From the IMG/VR virus record IMGVR_UViG_3300042465_002123, positions 1-56,208 of that record: DNA of 56,208 nucleotides. One strand, given 5' to 3'. Shown one piece after another: positions 1-9,879 of this stretch. The notes beneath the pieces were generated by a model. That model was given only the letters and a program-made list of their open reading frames with translations. It was not told the origin of the DNA and did not search any database. The number at the start of each line of letters is the position of its first letter. The first letter of the stretch is position 1. Made by a program: the position numbers and the translations under genes. Source of the stretch: a virus. Lineage: Duplodnaviria; Caudoviricetes.

Positions 1-189
1 CGTCAAAGACTTGAACGTACAGCGGGTTGCCGTCCTTGTCAGATTCTTCGCGGTCTTCCAACTCTTTTGGAACACCTGTGTACGAGCCGTCTGAGTTTTG
101 AGTGACCCAGTAATACTGGTCGTCTGGGCGTACTTCGTCTTGTCTGGTGAATGTCATGTTCTTTCCTTATCGTGCGTTAGCGTATTTGA
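1..189. repeat. Terminal direct repeat / circular overlap, copy 1 (matches 56020-56208)
   Basis: Positions 1-189 align with 56020-56208 with two mismatches (50 G vs 56069 A; 62 C vs 56081 T). The repeat lies in coding sequence. Confidence 0.97.
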
Positions 190-1225
190 AAGGGTTTTCT
201 GCGAAGGTCATGTAAATGTATGTTCCACCTGATGCGTTGTAACCAACCCAAGTATTGCGAACTTTAAATCCGTTTGATAACGAGTCAATTTGCACATTAC
301 CGGGAGCCGCTTCAGAATTTGAAAGATTGGCAATTAAATAATCTGGCATTGTGTTGTAAGGGTCACGGGAGGTATCCCACATTCCCCAAACTTCTGTTGA
401 GTCTGTTCTTTTAATCATAATGAACCTCGGCCTAAACCCAAGGTACACAAACGGCCCATCAGTACTGCCGTTGCCTGTGTAAGAACCAAAGGCTGAATAG
501 CCTGCTACTGGGGCAAAGCAGTAGGCAACATAATTTTTGCCAGAGCCATTCGTTGCGGCATCCCCAACAGTAAACACTGTTGAAGTCGGGGCAACAGGAA
601 ACACTGTTCCACCCCCATCCGTGGCTTTTGCGGCTGTTGAATTTAGTCTTAAATAATCACTAGAATAATTCCAGCCGGGTAAAAATCCAGCCGCCGTGTA
701 CCAATCAGTTGCTGAGTCAGTTCTGTTTTTGCTGATGATAAATACTGGTGCAACACCAAGGCCATGCCCAACAGTTTGTTGCCCACCAGCAATGCCTGTC
801 CAAGCCACCACGCTAAAGCCAGCCGTGGTATTGGCGCTCACCGAGGATGTGATGCTCCCTGCGGTGTTAGAGACAGCAGTGCCGCCTGCTTTCCATTGCC
901 ATGCAACATATGACTGACCGCTGACATTGCTGTATCCCGCAGCGTCAGCGCCTAGACTAAAACCGTTAGAGTTAAAAGATGTAAGCTGGTCTGTCCTTGT
1001 CGCCTCTGCGTCTGTAAGGTTTGAGAACAATCCTTTTGTCGAGCCGCGAACAGAGTCTGTTAGCCAGTGGTTTTCTACTGCGCCTCTGCGCTTGAACCAA
1101 ACCCAATCTGGTTGCATTGATACGCCGTTGACAGCGTTGCTGATGCTTTGAACCGCACCCGTACCCGTGTAAGTCGTAGCCGCCATCACCGTGCGACCAT
1201 CAGGAATTGCGTATGTTGTTGGCAT
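167..1225 (-). CDS. Tail fibre / receptor-binding-associated beta-rich protein
   Basis: 352 aa. YTGxG...PDWVWFKRR and GSYTGNGSTDGPFVYLGFRPRFIMIK motifs are typical of phage tail-fibre distal domains. AGGAG RBS present. Confidence 0.7.
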   Translation of the reverse strand: MPTTYAIPDGRTVMAATTYTGTGAVQSISNAVNGVSMQPDWVWFKRRGAVENHWLTDSVRGSTKGLFSNLTDAEATRTDQLTSFNSNGFSLGADAAGYSNVSGQSYVAWQWKAGGTAVSNTAGSITSSVSANTTAGFSVVAWTGIAGGQQTVGHGLGVAPVFIISKNRTDSATDWYTAAGFLPGWNYSSDYLRLNSTAAKATDGGGTVFPVAPTSTVFTVGDAATNGSGKNYVAYCFAPVAGYSAFGSYTGNGSTDGPFVYLGFRPRFIMIKRTDSTEVWGMWDTSRDPYNTMPDYLIANLSNSEAAPGNVQIDSLSNGFKVRNTWVGYNASGGTYIYMTFAENPFKYANAR

Positions 1226-1234
1226 TGTTGCTCC

Positions 1235-4114
1235 TTATAGGTTGTAGGTGTTTAGCGCAACGAAGCCGCTTGGGGGTGTGTAGGTGAAGGGACGCTGACC
1301 GAAATTAACAGCAAGATTCGCAGGGGTATTGATATCTTGAAAAGCTGTTATGTCTGTAGTAGATGGTAGGCCAATTGAACCTTGAGAAGTATTGTTTTTA
1401 TAGAAAGTTACAGAGCTTCCAGTAAGGTCAAGGGCCACACCAATAACATCATTGGTTGTAAATGAAGCCCCATATGCCGTAGACGAACCGCCCACGGTTT
1501 TACTGCCTGATGACAAATACTGAACAGTGTTTGTCAGTGTTGTATTTTGCACAAGGCTATCACCAACGCCAATACCAATAGCCGTTGTTCCTATTGCGAC
1601 TACAGTTACTTCCCAATAATACTTACCAGTTGATTGTGAAATAGTTCCCAGCGAGTATGCGGAGTTTGCAGAAGTTGTAGAAACTTTTAAGTTTCCGTCT
1701 GCATACGCCGTGTTTGGTTGACTCCAGCGCTGAACAAGCGGATTCATCACGCAGTAGTTCGCCGCAGTCGCACTGGTCAGCGTAGGCACATCTGTCATGC
1801 TGTCGTAGGTCGAACCCGCAGTCAAGCTGATGTTGTTGGTCGTCCAGTTGTTCCCCTGTGGGCTGAAGTCGTACCCAAGCGTTGTCGTGCTTGTCGTATT
1901 GGTGAACGGCAGATAGAAGCCGTTGTTGCCGTATGAGCCACCGTAGGTGATGGGTTGCCATACACCGTAGCTGTTGATTGTTCCAAAGCTGGATGGTGTC
2001 AGGGCTTGACCGTCAATGAAGTTGACTTCTGCCATGTAGCCGTCAAAGCCCTCATCAGCAGCATAAGTGCGCGAACTGATGCGCTGTAAAACACCACTTG
2101 CATTGATGTTGGTAGATTGGTTTAGCGTTGGATATGTAGCTGAACTAAAAGACTGCGACACCCCGTTTACATAAATAAACAAACGATTAGTAGATGTTGC
2201 TTGGGCAGAGTCGTATACCAAAACAATATGATACCAAGCGGCAGGGTCACGGAAAACCGCATTGGTAGCAATTATTGTTGTTGTGGCATTTCCTTGATAA
2301 AAAGAAAGTTTATCTGACCCTAAAAAATGCAAGTAGTCTTCAGACGCAGATGTTCCTGTTCCACCATTCAGTAGATGTTGCCCAACACTGAGAACGCCAC
2401 GTTTAAGCCAAACACTATATGTCCACTTTAAGTTATTAGTTGGCGTACCAGCAGTGCGAGATAAGTATGAGGGTGCTGTAGGGTATGCGCCACGGAACCG
2501 CAAGCTGCGGGTAAGCAGCGTAATAGGTGTCAGGTATCCGCTAGATGTGAATGTGTGGATGACATTGCCACCAACGATAGTCACAGTGCCACCAGCCATG
2601 AGTTGGGTTGCACCAGCGTAAGAGATGATGACTACGCCAGAGCCGCCTGTTCCACTTGAGCCACTCGTACCGCCACCGCCACCGCCACCGCCAAGATTTG
2701 CAGTCCCTGCTGTTCCACTTCCCGCGCCATTACCAGCGCCGCCGCCACCTGTACCGCCTGTTGATGTCCCAGAATTACGACCTGAACCGCCACCGCCGCC
2801 TGCGTAAGTGACGCTAGAACCTGAAATTGAGGACGCTGTACCGTTGCCGCCGTTGCCTGCTGTGCCTCCACTTGCCGCACTGCCTACAGCACCAGCACCG
2901 CCACCGCCACCGCCGGGGTAATTGCTGCCATCGTTATTTCCCGCGCCGCCGTTGTTACCTTGACCAGATATACCAGTTCCACCCGCACCGCCGTAAAAAC
3001 CGCCGCCGCCAGAACCACCATTTTTATCTACAGTGCCGCCGTGTTCGCCTCCGCCTCCTCCAGTTGAGGTAATTGAATTAAAAACAGAAGCCGAACCCTT
3101 ACCGCCTGAGTTTGGATATGTGCTTGAAATACCACCAGCACCGACAGTGACAAGGTAGGTAGAGTTGGGGTCGATGATTAACCCAGAGCCTGTTAAAAGG
3201 CCACCAGCGCCACCACCACCGCCACCACTACCGCCGCCACCGCCACCAGCCACTACCAAATAAGACGCAGACAGCGTTGTGATTGGGCCAAGAGTGCCAG
3301 AAGTCGTGAATGTGTGAATGGTGTTGCCGCCAGACGAAGTGACAACACCACCAGAAAATTGTTGTGCGCCAACATAGGAGATGATGACGATGCCTGAGCC
3401 GCCAAAACCAGCAGTAACAGTGCCTGTAGAGCCGCCGCCACCAGAGCCTGTGCTTGCTGTTGCGCTGGTCGGGTTAACCGCAGGAGTAAATTTAGCCCCG
3501 CTACCGCCAATACTAGAGCCACCAGCACCAACCGCGCCGTCATATGATGAGCCGCCACCGCCGCCAGCATAAGTAACAGATGCGCCTGAAATGCTTGATG
3601 CAGTTCCTGCTCCCCCCGTGCCGCCGCCAGCGCCTGTTCCCGTTCCAGTGCTTCCGCCTACTGCACCCGCACCGCCACCGCCACCGCCAGCCCAGTTGCC
3701 TGATGTTGAACCTGTGCCGCCGTTGTTGCCTTGGCCTGAAGTTGCTGTGCCTATTGCACCTGATGTTCCACCGCCGCCACCGCCTGAACCACCAGAACCT
3801 GCGGCAATAGAGTCATATCCACCTTTTCCGCCACCTACTGCGGATGTGGCATACCCACTGAATGTTGAGTTTGCGCCATTGGTGTTATTAGAGCCGCCTG
3901 CACCAACAGTAACCGTGTAAGACAAAGTTGGGTTTAAAGACACCGTGCCTGTTAAAAGACCACCTGCGCCACCACCGCCACCGCCGTTTGTGCTACTTCC
4001 ACCACCTCCGCCACCGCCACCCGCTACGATTAGGTAACTAGCACTGACGGACGCTCCCCCTGTCCAGCCAAAGGCGGCAAGAGCGGCAGCTCCAATTTTT
4101 GATAGACGGGGCAT
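1235..4114 (-). CDS. Tail fibre with two tandem glycine-rich domains, a ConA/LamG-like lectin domain and a SPRY-like domain
   Basis: 959 aa. Two copies of YLxVAGGGGGG...GGSGxVIISY...GGNxIHTFTxSG. LamG signature WYHIVLVYD...FDGYMAEVNFIDG. SPRY-like GKYYWEV...DVIGVALDL...FYKN. Confidence 0.8.
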   Translation of the reverse strand: MPRLSKIGAAALAAFGWTGGASVSASYLIVAGGGGGGGGSSTNGGGGGGAGGLLTGTVSLNPTLSYTVTVGAGGSNNTNGANSTFSGYATSAVGGGKGGYDSIAAGSGGSGGGGGGTSGAIGTATSGQGNNGGTGSTSGNWAGGGGGGAGAVGGSTGTGTGAGGGTGGAGTASSISGASVTYAGGGGGSSYDGAVGAGGSSIGGSGAKFTPAVNPTSATASTGSGGGGSTGTVTAGFGGSGIVIISYVGAQQFSGGVVTSSGGNTIHTFTTSGTLGPITTLSASYLVVAGGGGGGSGGGGGGAGGLLTGSGLIIDPNSTYLVTVGAGGISSTYPNSGGKGSASVFNSITSTGGGGGEHGGTVDKNGGSGGGGFYGGAGGTGISGQGNNGGAGNNDGSNYPGGGGGGAGAVGSAASGGTAGNGGNGTASSISGSSVTYAGGGGGSGRNSGTSTGGTGGGGAGNGAGSGTAGTANLGGGGGGGGTSGSSGTGGSGVVIISYAGATQLMAGGTVTIVGGNVIHTFTSSGYLTPITLLTRSLRFRGAYPTAPSYLSRTAGTPTNNLKWTYSVWLKRGVLSVGQHLLNGGTGTSASEDYLHFLGSDKLSFYQGNATTTIIATNAVFRDPAAWYHIVLVYDSAQATSTNRLFIYVNGVSQSFSSATYPTLNQSTNINASGVLQRISSRTYAADEGFDGYMAEVNFIDGQALTPSSFGTINSYGVWQPITYGGSYGNNGFYLPFTNTTSTTTLGYDFSPQGNNWTTNNISLTAGSTYDSMTDVPTLTSATAANYCVMNPLVQRWSQPNTAYADGNLKVSTTSANSAYSLGTISQSTGKYYWEVTVVAIGTTAIGIGVGDSLVQNTTLTNTVQYLSSGSKTVGGSSTAYGASFTTNDVIGVALDLTGSSVTFYKNNTSQGSIGLPSTTDITAFQDINTPANLAVNFGQRPFTYTPPSGFVALNTYNL

Positions 4115-4122
4115 TTATAACC

Positions 4123-5346
4123 TCAAGCGAATTTTGTCTGTGATGCCAACACAACGTATGTGGCACTGCCTGTCTTTTGAATCACATAGGTGTAACTATC
4201 AATCGAACTTGCGTTGCCTGATGTCGGTGCAGTTCCACCCTGCCACTTAGGGGTCACCGAAGTGCCGTCAATCGTTACCGCGCTGTTGTAGTAGGCCGTA
4301 GCACCATTGGTGACAAGGAACGTAGCAGAGATGGATTCACCAGTCTGCATCATGGTGTTCAGAGATGTGCCGCTTGAACCACGGAAGTTGACCGTAAAGT
4401 TGCCAGATGCGTTGCTGGTGTAGTACAGCACAGACTGAGTCGTGACGTCGTAGTTGATAGTGCCAGTCGCCGCAGTTGCAGATATGGTGTCCACCTCAGC
4501 AATGTTTGGAGTCTTAAATGCAGACTTTGCAGATGTACCTGCGGTCTGTAGCAAAGATGTTGGAGTGGTTGTGCCAATGCCTACGTCACCGTCGGAGTCG
4601 ATACGCATGCGCTCTAGTGCTGTGCCACCCGGAGCAGTGCCAAACCGAAGTGCGTCAGTAGTGTGGTCATAGCTGATTCGACCAGACCTGTCTCCGTTGC
4701 TATCGACCCAGCTCAAAAACCCCGTTGAGTTCGTTGCGTTTTGTCGGATGTCAATATTTCCGTTGTCAGCAAGAACAACATCCAATTTTCCGCTAGGCGA
4801 AGTAGTACCAATCCCCACATTACCGCTGGAGTCGATGCGCATAGACTCCGCACCGCCTTCAGAAAAAGCAATAGTGTCAGCGGCAGGGAAGAAAATGCCG
4901 GTGTTGGTGTCGCCTGTAGTGGTGATGGCAGGCAGTAGCGCTGTGCCAGCGGAGAAGGTTGCAACGCCTGTGGCAGACAGCGTAGTAAACGCACCTGTGT
5001 TGGCTGTTGTAGCCCCTACAGTGCCGTTCAGTGGGCCAGCAAAGCCAGTAGCCGTCAAAATTCCAGTAGTAATGGTTACGCCAGAATTGTTTTGAATCAG
5101 CTTACCAGTTGTTCCGTCAAAAGTGGCAATTGCTTTGTCTGTTGCCGACGCTGGGCCAACCACATCACCAGAAGAACCTGCCGTTGACGCCAACAGAGTT
5201 ACCGTGCCAGCGCTGTTCTTGTAGTACAGCTTGCCATCAACAATGTTTATTGCCAACTCGCCGTTTGCAAGGTTTCCAGCAATAGGGACAGCCGCCGCAG
5301 TTGTCGAAAAGTACAACTGGATAGGGGTGAAATTTGTTTGAGCCAT
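4123..5346 (-). CDS. Tail fibre protein
   Basis: 407 aa. N-terminal IQL...GELAIN...GKLYYKN attachment-type domain and repeated MRIDSxGxVGIGTTxP units. Confidence 0.75.
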   Translation of the reverse strand: MAQTNFTPIQLYFSTTAAAVPIAGNLANGELAINIVDGKLYYKNSAGTVTLLASTAGSSGDVVGPASATDKAIATFDGTTGKLIQNNSGVTITTGILTATGFAGPLNGTVGATTANTGAFTTLSATGVATFSAGTALLPAITTTGDTNTGIFFPAADTIAFSEGGAESMRIDSSGNVGIGTTSPSGKLDVVLADNGNIDIRQNATNSTGFLSWVDSNGDRSGRISYDHTTDALRFGTAPGGTALERMRIDSDGDVGIGTTTPTSLLQTAGTSAKSAFKTPNIAEVDTISATAATGTINYDVTTQSVLYYTSNASGNFTVNFRGSSGTSLNTMMQTGESISATFLVTNGATAYYNSAVTIDGTSVTPKWQGGTAPTSGNASSIDSYTYVIQKTGSATYVVLASQTKFA

Positions 5347-5347
5347 T

Positions 5348-7459
5348 TTAGAAAGTTCCTCCAGAGATGCCAGACGTTGCCGTTACTGTTGTAAAGTTTC
5401 CAGTCGTAGGCGTTGTAGCACCAACAGTTCCGTTAATGTTAATTGATGCAGTACCAGTCAGGTTGGTGACCGTGCCGCTACTCGGTGTACCCAAAGCCCC
5501 GTCAAACGTCACAAAAGCGCCAGCAGAGCCTACGTTGACCGCCAAGGCGGTCGCAACCCCAGTACCCAGCCCAGTGATGGAGCCAACCGCTGGAGTCACC
5601 GTAGTGTTGCCTGCAAGAGTCAATTGACCCTGCGCATTGACCGTGAACGTACCCACCTGAGTTGCAGAGCCATAAGCGCCAGCAGTTACCGCCGTGTTGG
5701 TGATGCTGAACTGCGTACCCGTAAGGGTCAGGCCAGTTCCTGCTGTGTACGCGCCTGCGCCAGAGAACTGTATCCACGTCACAGGGCTTGTGCCAACAAC
5801 CGTCACTGGGTCAGTCTGCACCCATCCTGTGTTGGCGTACAAAGTGCCGTTTGTGATGAATGTGAAGTCACCGCTTGCCATCTCGGCGGCAGTGTCAAAG
5901 TCAGTTGCACGAGTTAGAACCGTGCCACCAGTAGCCCATGTGTAAATGCCATTGTTGGCCTGCGTCGCTTCGTTTTTGACCAAGACACGATTGCCGTTGA
6001 GCAGTGTGTAGCCGTCCAAAACAGTCAAAGCCACCGACAAGGTCAAGGTAGCGCCAACACCAGCCGTGCCGTTGTTGTAAGTGACCGTGCCGCCAGTAAT
6101 CGAAGCAAGCGTAGCTGGCGTTGCCGCCGCGCAAGACTCATGGATGTGAAGACCCTCAGCCACCGCATCAACGTACTGCTTTGTTGCCAACTGCAATGCA
6201 GATGTTGGGTCTTGCGTGACGGCGACAGAAGTCAGGCCACCCAAAGTAAGACTCGAAGCGCCCAGAGCAATTGCAGTCGTTCCAACAGTCACAGACGAGT
6301 TGGTCAGCGATGCGTTGGCAATGTTGGTCAGCGTGTTGCTTGCGCCGCTGATGGTCTTGTTGGTCAGCGTCTGCGTTGCGGTGTTGGTTGTGACAGTGTC
6401 TGCCCCAACGGTTGCCGAAGTCATGTTGAACGCGCCACCAGTGACAGTCTTACCCGTGAAGGTCAAGGCCGAAGGCAAAGACAACGTGACAGTCGTTGTA
6501 CCTGTCGAGGTTATTTCGTTTGCCGTACCGTTGACGGTAGTCACCGCGCCAATTGAGGCAGCGCTGATAGCCACGTTAGCGGCGGTAGTCAGTTGACCTT
6601 GAGCGTTGACCGTAAAGGTTCCAACCTGAGTTGCGGAGCCGTAAGCGCCAGCAGTCACGGCCGTGTCGGCAATTGAGATGGTTCCCGTCGAGGTAATTGG
6701 GCCCCCCGTCAGACCAGTCCCGGTTGCAACAGAGGTCACGCCAGTGCCTGTCGTAATTGCCCCCCATACGCCGTTTGCGTAGCCTTCAAAGACGGCGGTG
6801 GTGGTGTTGTAGCGCAACATACCATTTACCGCAGAAACTGGACGCGAACCCGTAGCACCAATAGGCACGGTAACGCTTTCCGAACCCGGCAGCACCGGGT
6901 TGCTGGCAATCCCGATGGTTGGGTTACCTGCGCCGTTGCCGTCGGTCACGGCAATCTGGTTAGCCACGCCCACGATAGATCTGTTGGCAATGGTCGTGCC
7001 GCCGACGATAGCCAGCATACCGGTGCCCGACGAGGCTGCAATAGCGGCGGCAATGCCGGTGAGGGTGAATACGGGGTCACCAGCAACGCCGTCAGGGTTG
7101 GTGACGGCTAAGCCGTTGCCGGTTTGAAAAGAGCGCCCTGCAAGCGTATTTGTGGCCGTCTTGACCTGAAAGCCAAGGGGCGAAGAGTTCAACGCCAACG
7201 GCGCGCCGGTCAAATTGACACTGAACGAACCCAGCGAGCCCCCATCTACAGCTGCCAGCCCCGGTCCAACCGTAAAGTAGCGGCTGTTACCTAGCGTTGG
7301 CTGCGAGCCAACGGTCAGGAAAGTCTGAGTTAGGACGGGCGAGTTGGCAATAGCCGCCGTGGTCGTTTGTACCGTAGCGCCATTTTGGACAATCGGGACC
7401 GCTTCCGTGCCCGTGAGGGTAGTTGCGGTCGGGAGCTGGGTAATAGTGATGTTTGCCAT
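5348..7459 (-). CDS. Long tail fibre / proximal fibre protein
   Basis: 703 aa, Thr/Gly/Ala-rich. Contains MANITITQLP start, GMLRYNTT..FEGY, ATKQYVD, RVLVKNE...NGIY, a duplicated TAVTAGAYGSATQVGTFTVNAQGQLT, and ends ISGGTF. Confidence 0.8.
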   Translation of the reverse strand: MANITITQLPTATTLTGTEAVPIVQNGATVQTTTAAIANSPVLTQTFLTVGSQPTLGNSRYFTVGPGLAAVDGGSLGSFSVNLTGAPLALNSSPLGFQVKTATNTLAGRSFQTGNGLAVTNPDGVAGDPVFTLTGIAAAIAASSGTGMLAIVGGTTIANRSIVGVANQIAVTDGNGAGNPTIGIASNPVLPGSESVTVPIGATGSRPVSAVNGMLRYNTTTAVFEGYANGVWGAITTGTGVTSVATGTGLTGGPITSTGTISIADTAVTAGAYGSATQVGTFTVNAQGQLTTAANVAISAASIGAVTTVNGTANEITSTGTTTVTLSLPSALTFTGKTVTGGAFNMTSATVGADTVTTNTATQTLTNKTISGASNTLTNIANASLTNSSVTVGTTAIALGASSLTLGGLTSVAVTQDPTSALQLATKQYVDAVAEGLHIHESCAAATPATLASITGGTVTYNNGTAGVGATLTLSVALTVLDGYTLLNGNRVLVKNEATQANNGIYTWATGGTVLTRATDFDTAAEMASGDFTFITNGTLYANTGWVQTDPVTVVGTSPVTWIQFSGAGAYTAGTGLTLTGTQFSITNTAVTAGAYGSATQVGTFTVNAQGQLTLAGNTTVTPAVGSITGLGTGVATALAVNVGSAGAFVTFDGALGTPSSGTVTNLTGTASININGTVGATTPTTGNFTTVTATSGISGGTF

Positions 7460-7461
7460 AA

Positions 7462-7803
7462 TTAAGGTTGGGTCGACAGCCCATCAAGATTACCGTTGTT
7501 TTCGGGGGTTTGTACGTTTTGCTCGGGGCTTATAACCGCACCCCCGAATGGTACCGTAACAAGGTTGCTATCGTCCACCGCAACACTCAAATCAGGACGC
7601 GGAAAACGAATTGTAATGCGCTCGGTTTGTCGAGCGGCCAGCCGGTACGGGTCCATCTCGTCAGCGCACCCCTCAGAGCACACGCGCAACCCCGGGAAGT
7701 TGGGGTCGCTCATCGCCGTGGAATGGGCGCGCTTCATCTTGCACCGATCACATACAAAGATCGCTATGTCTGAATTGCCGATGGTGTCAAGGAACAACGG
7801 CAT
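7462..7803 (-). CDS. Small Cys-motif (CDRC...CxxxC) virion-region protein
   Basis: 113 aa ORF tightly packed between the adaptor and fibre genes. Confidence 0.7.
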   Translation of the reverse strand: MPLFLDTIGNSDIAIFVCDRCKMKRAHSTAMSDPNFPGLRVCSEGCADEMDPYRLAARQTERITIRFPRPDLSVAVDDSNLVTVPFGGAVISPEQNVQTPENNGNLDGLSTQP

Positions 7804-7808
7804 TTGGC

Positions 7809-8867
7809 TTACCGGGTGTAGACGGAGACGTTCGGAGCAAGGTAGATTGGCGACTTGTCGCGCTCTTCACTTTCGGCCATTTGGAAGTACTTCTCGGCTT
7901 GGCCTTCAAGGTATTGGATGCGCGCCACGTCCACACCGGGTAGCTCTTGCGACATCTGGTGGGCCAGCATGCACTGGATCGCCATGTACCAGCGGTCAGG
8001 AATAGCCAGCTGGCCGCTAAGCGCGCCAACATCCTCGACATAGGCCGAGTACCAAATCGTCATCTGCACAAACGGATCGGACGGCGCCGGCCACAGCGTG
8101 ATAGTGGCCTGCGGTATCGTCCGGTTGAACCAGTACTGAAAGGGCTGGTTGGCCGTGAAATTCTTGTTGGGCAGGTTGGTGTAGTCGTCGCGATTTAAGC
8201 GCGACATTGGGATTTCGGTGGAGTTGTTGCCCACGTAAAACTCGGCCACGTTCAGCGTGCCGCCGCCGGTCTCGCGCATGCGGTAATACTGTGCCGACGC
8301 GCCCGGGTCGACGTCGTACCAAAGCCACTGGCCGCTTTGCCACGTGGTCACGCCGGTGTCGTACAGAGTGTTCCACGTGGAACCATTGTTTGACCACTCC
8401 AACAGGATGTGGAACGAGCCAGACGTCGCCGGCAAGATGCCGATAGAGCCAGCATAAACTGGATTGTCCGTGCCGTAGTTGATGCCAATGTTACCGTTGG
8501 GCGCGGTCTGTACATCCGCTGTAGCGATGTTGTTGTCAAAGGCCAGCGCCGCCGAACCGGAAGACGCAAACGGGTTGCCTGTTGGACGACTCATCGTGCG
8601 GTACAGCGCGTTCAGTACATCGTTGCCACCCACGGGCAGCAAATACTCGTACTGTTCAGCATTCAGGCCGTAGACCTTCTTTTTGATGGCAAAGTATTGG
8701 ATGCCCTGATTGATCAGGTTGCTCAGCAAATAAAACAGGGATTCCTTGGCCGACTGGACCTGCTCGATGGTCAGCTCTTCCGCGAGCTTACCCGCCCGTC
8801 GAGCACCGTGGTCGATGAGCGTTTGGACCGTTATGACGGTCTGACCAACGGTTCCGCTGTAAGCCAT
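7809..8867 (-). CDS. Putative head-tail adaptor / tail tubular protein with inserted beta-sandwich domain
   Basis: 352 aa. N-terminal helical part (SAKESLFYLL..LINQG), C-terminal YTNLPNK...ITLWPAP...IPDRW typical of adaptor proteins; genomic position. Confidence 0.6.
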   Translation of the reverse strand: MAYSGTVGQTVITVQTLIDHGARRAGKLAEELTIEQVQSAKESLFYLLSNLINQGIQYFAIKKKVYGLNAEQYEYLLPVGGNDVLNALYRTMSRPTGNPFASSGSAALAFDNNIATADVQTAPNGNIGINYGTDNPVYAGSIGILPATSGSFHILLEWSNNGSTWNTLYDTGVTTWQSGQWLWYDVDPGASAQYYRMRETGGGTLNVAEFYVGNNSTEIPMSRLNRDDYTNLPNKNFTANQPFQYWFNRTIPQATITLWPAPSDPFVQMTIWYSAYVEDVGALSGQLAIPDRWYMAIQCMLAHQMSQELPGVDVARIQYLEGQAEKYFQMAESEERDKSPIYLAPNVSVYTR

Positions 8868-8877
8868 GTTTTTTCCT

Positions 8878-9129
8878 TTACCAGCCGGGGCAATTCCACC
8901 GCTTTAGCGATGCCTTGGCGCGTGGTGCCTCGCCCTTTGAATGTTCAACCACGCCCGACATACGGGCGCAAAACGAGTCCTTGCGGGCGCCGCCTTGAGG
9001 CTGTGGCGCCTTCAGGTCGCTGCCCGTCTCACGGTTGTATTTTGCCCGACCTTTGGCTGTTAAGCCAGCGCCTTTTGACTCTGGAAGTTTTTCACCCCGG
9101 CCGACCGCTAAAGATGGGTTTTTTGCCAT
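8878..9129 (-). CDS. Small basic conserved phage protein (GLTAKGRAKYN...SFCARM...WNC)
   Basis: 83 aa, Lys/Arg-rich; a motif pattern recurrent in aquatic phage head regions. Confidence 0.7.
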   Translation of the reverse strand: MAKNPSLAVGRGEKLPESKGAGLTAKGRAKYNRETGSDLKAPQPQGGARKDSFCARMSGVVEHSKGEAPRAKASLKRWNCPGW

Positions 9130-9132
9130 GAT

Positions 9133-9879
9133 TTACCAGCAAGACTTTTTAACTTTTCCACCAAATGCTTTTTTCTCGATCATGCCTTCCGGTAACTTGT
9201 TACCCGGCTTGTAAGCGTAGTCGCGGTCGCCCCTGCCAATAGCTTCGCGTTCCGACGCAATAGATTGGCGAAGTAGCTCCCCTTTGGACTCGTACTCTTT
9301 TGGCCCGGGGGATGTATCGCCGGGGCGCCTTAAAAAAGGAGTTAAGTTTAGCGCGCCTGAAACATAAGACTTCACTTTTGTTGAAGTTTTGCCGTGTTCT
9401 TTTTGGTCTTCTTCCAGTCTACGAAGACGACTCATATCAGTAGCCGAAGAGACTGCGCCGCCTTCTTGTTTCTTTACGGTTTTGGCTGATTGCTTGAAGG
9501 CTTCAGCCGTTGGTGCACCTTTGCTGCCAGCTCGACGCATTTTTTCGCCAGAGCCTTCAGAAATTCTTTGACGTTTTGCATGAATATTTTCATAAAGTCC
9601 GCCGCCTTTCATTTTCTTAGACGAAAACAATTTATCAACCATTTCTAACCTCTGAGGTTTAGTTGTTACATCGTTGATGATGTCTATGCGCTCTGCTTTA
9701 TTTTTGCCTGCTTCATAGAACCCGGCTTTTTTTAAAGACTTAACTACACCGCCGGTTTTCATCTTCTTGTCCGCAGCCACAAATTCCTTGCCCACCTTCT
9801 GTGGGACGCCACCAAAGCCGCCTTTGGTATGGGCGGCAGCTTCCATCAGACGGTGCTGGGCAGGTGATTTACTGGGCAC
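9133..9879 (-). CDS. Basic modular protein with four xxGG motifs (putative internal head protein / polyprotein)
   Basis: 248 aa. MKTGGVV, MKGGGLY, KQEGGAV and KAFGGKV separate Lys-rich segments. Confidence 0.7.
   Translation of the reverse strand: MPSKSPAQHRLMEAAAHTKGGFGGVPQKVGKEFVAADKKMKTGGVVKSLKKAGFYEAGKNKAERIDIINDVTTKPQRLEMVDKLFSSKKMKGGGLYENIHAKRQRISEGSGEKMRRAGSKGAPTAEAFKQSAKTVKKQEGGAVSSATDMSRLRRLEEDQKEHGKTSTKVKSYVSGALNLTPFLRRPGDTSPGPKEYESKGELLRQSIASEREAIGRGDRDYAYKPGNKLPEGMIEKKAFGGKVKKSCW

Noticed and set aside
1235-4114. GG dipeptides in the Gly-rich fibre as members of the xxGG motif family
   Set aside because: These are polyglycine runs lacking the aromatic/Met + Ala/Lys context; explained by fibre structure.
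5624-6667. Repeated segment in the tail fibre as a DGR template/variable pair
   Set aside because: Both copies are in-frame protein repeats with synonymous differences not confined to adenines; no reverse transcriptase seen.
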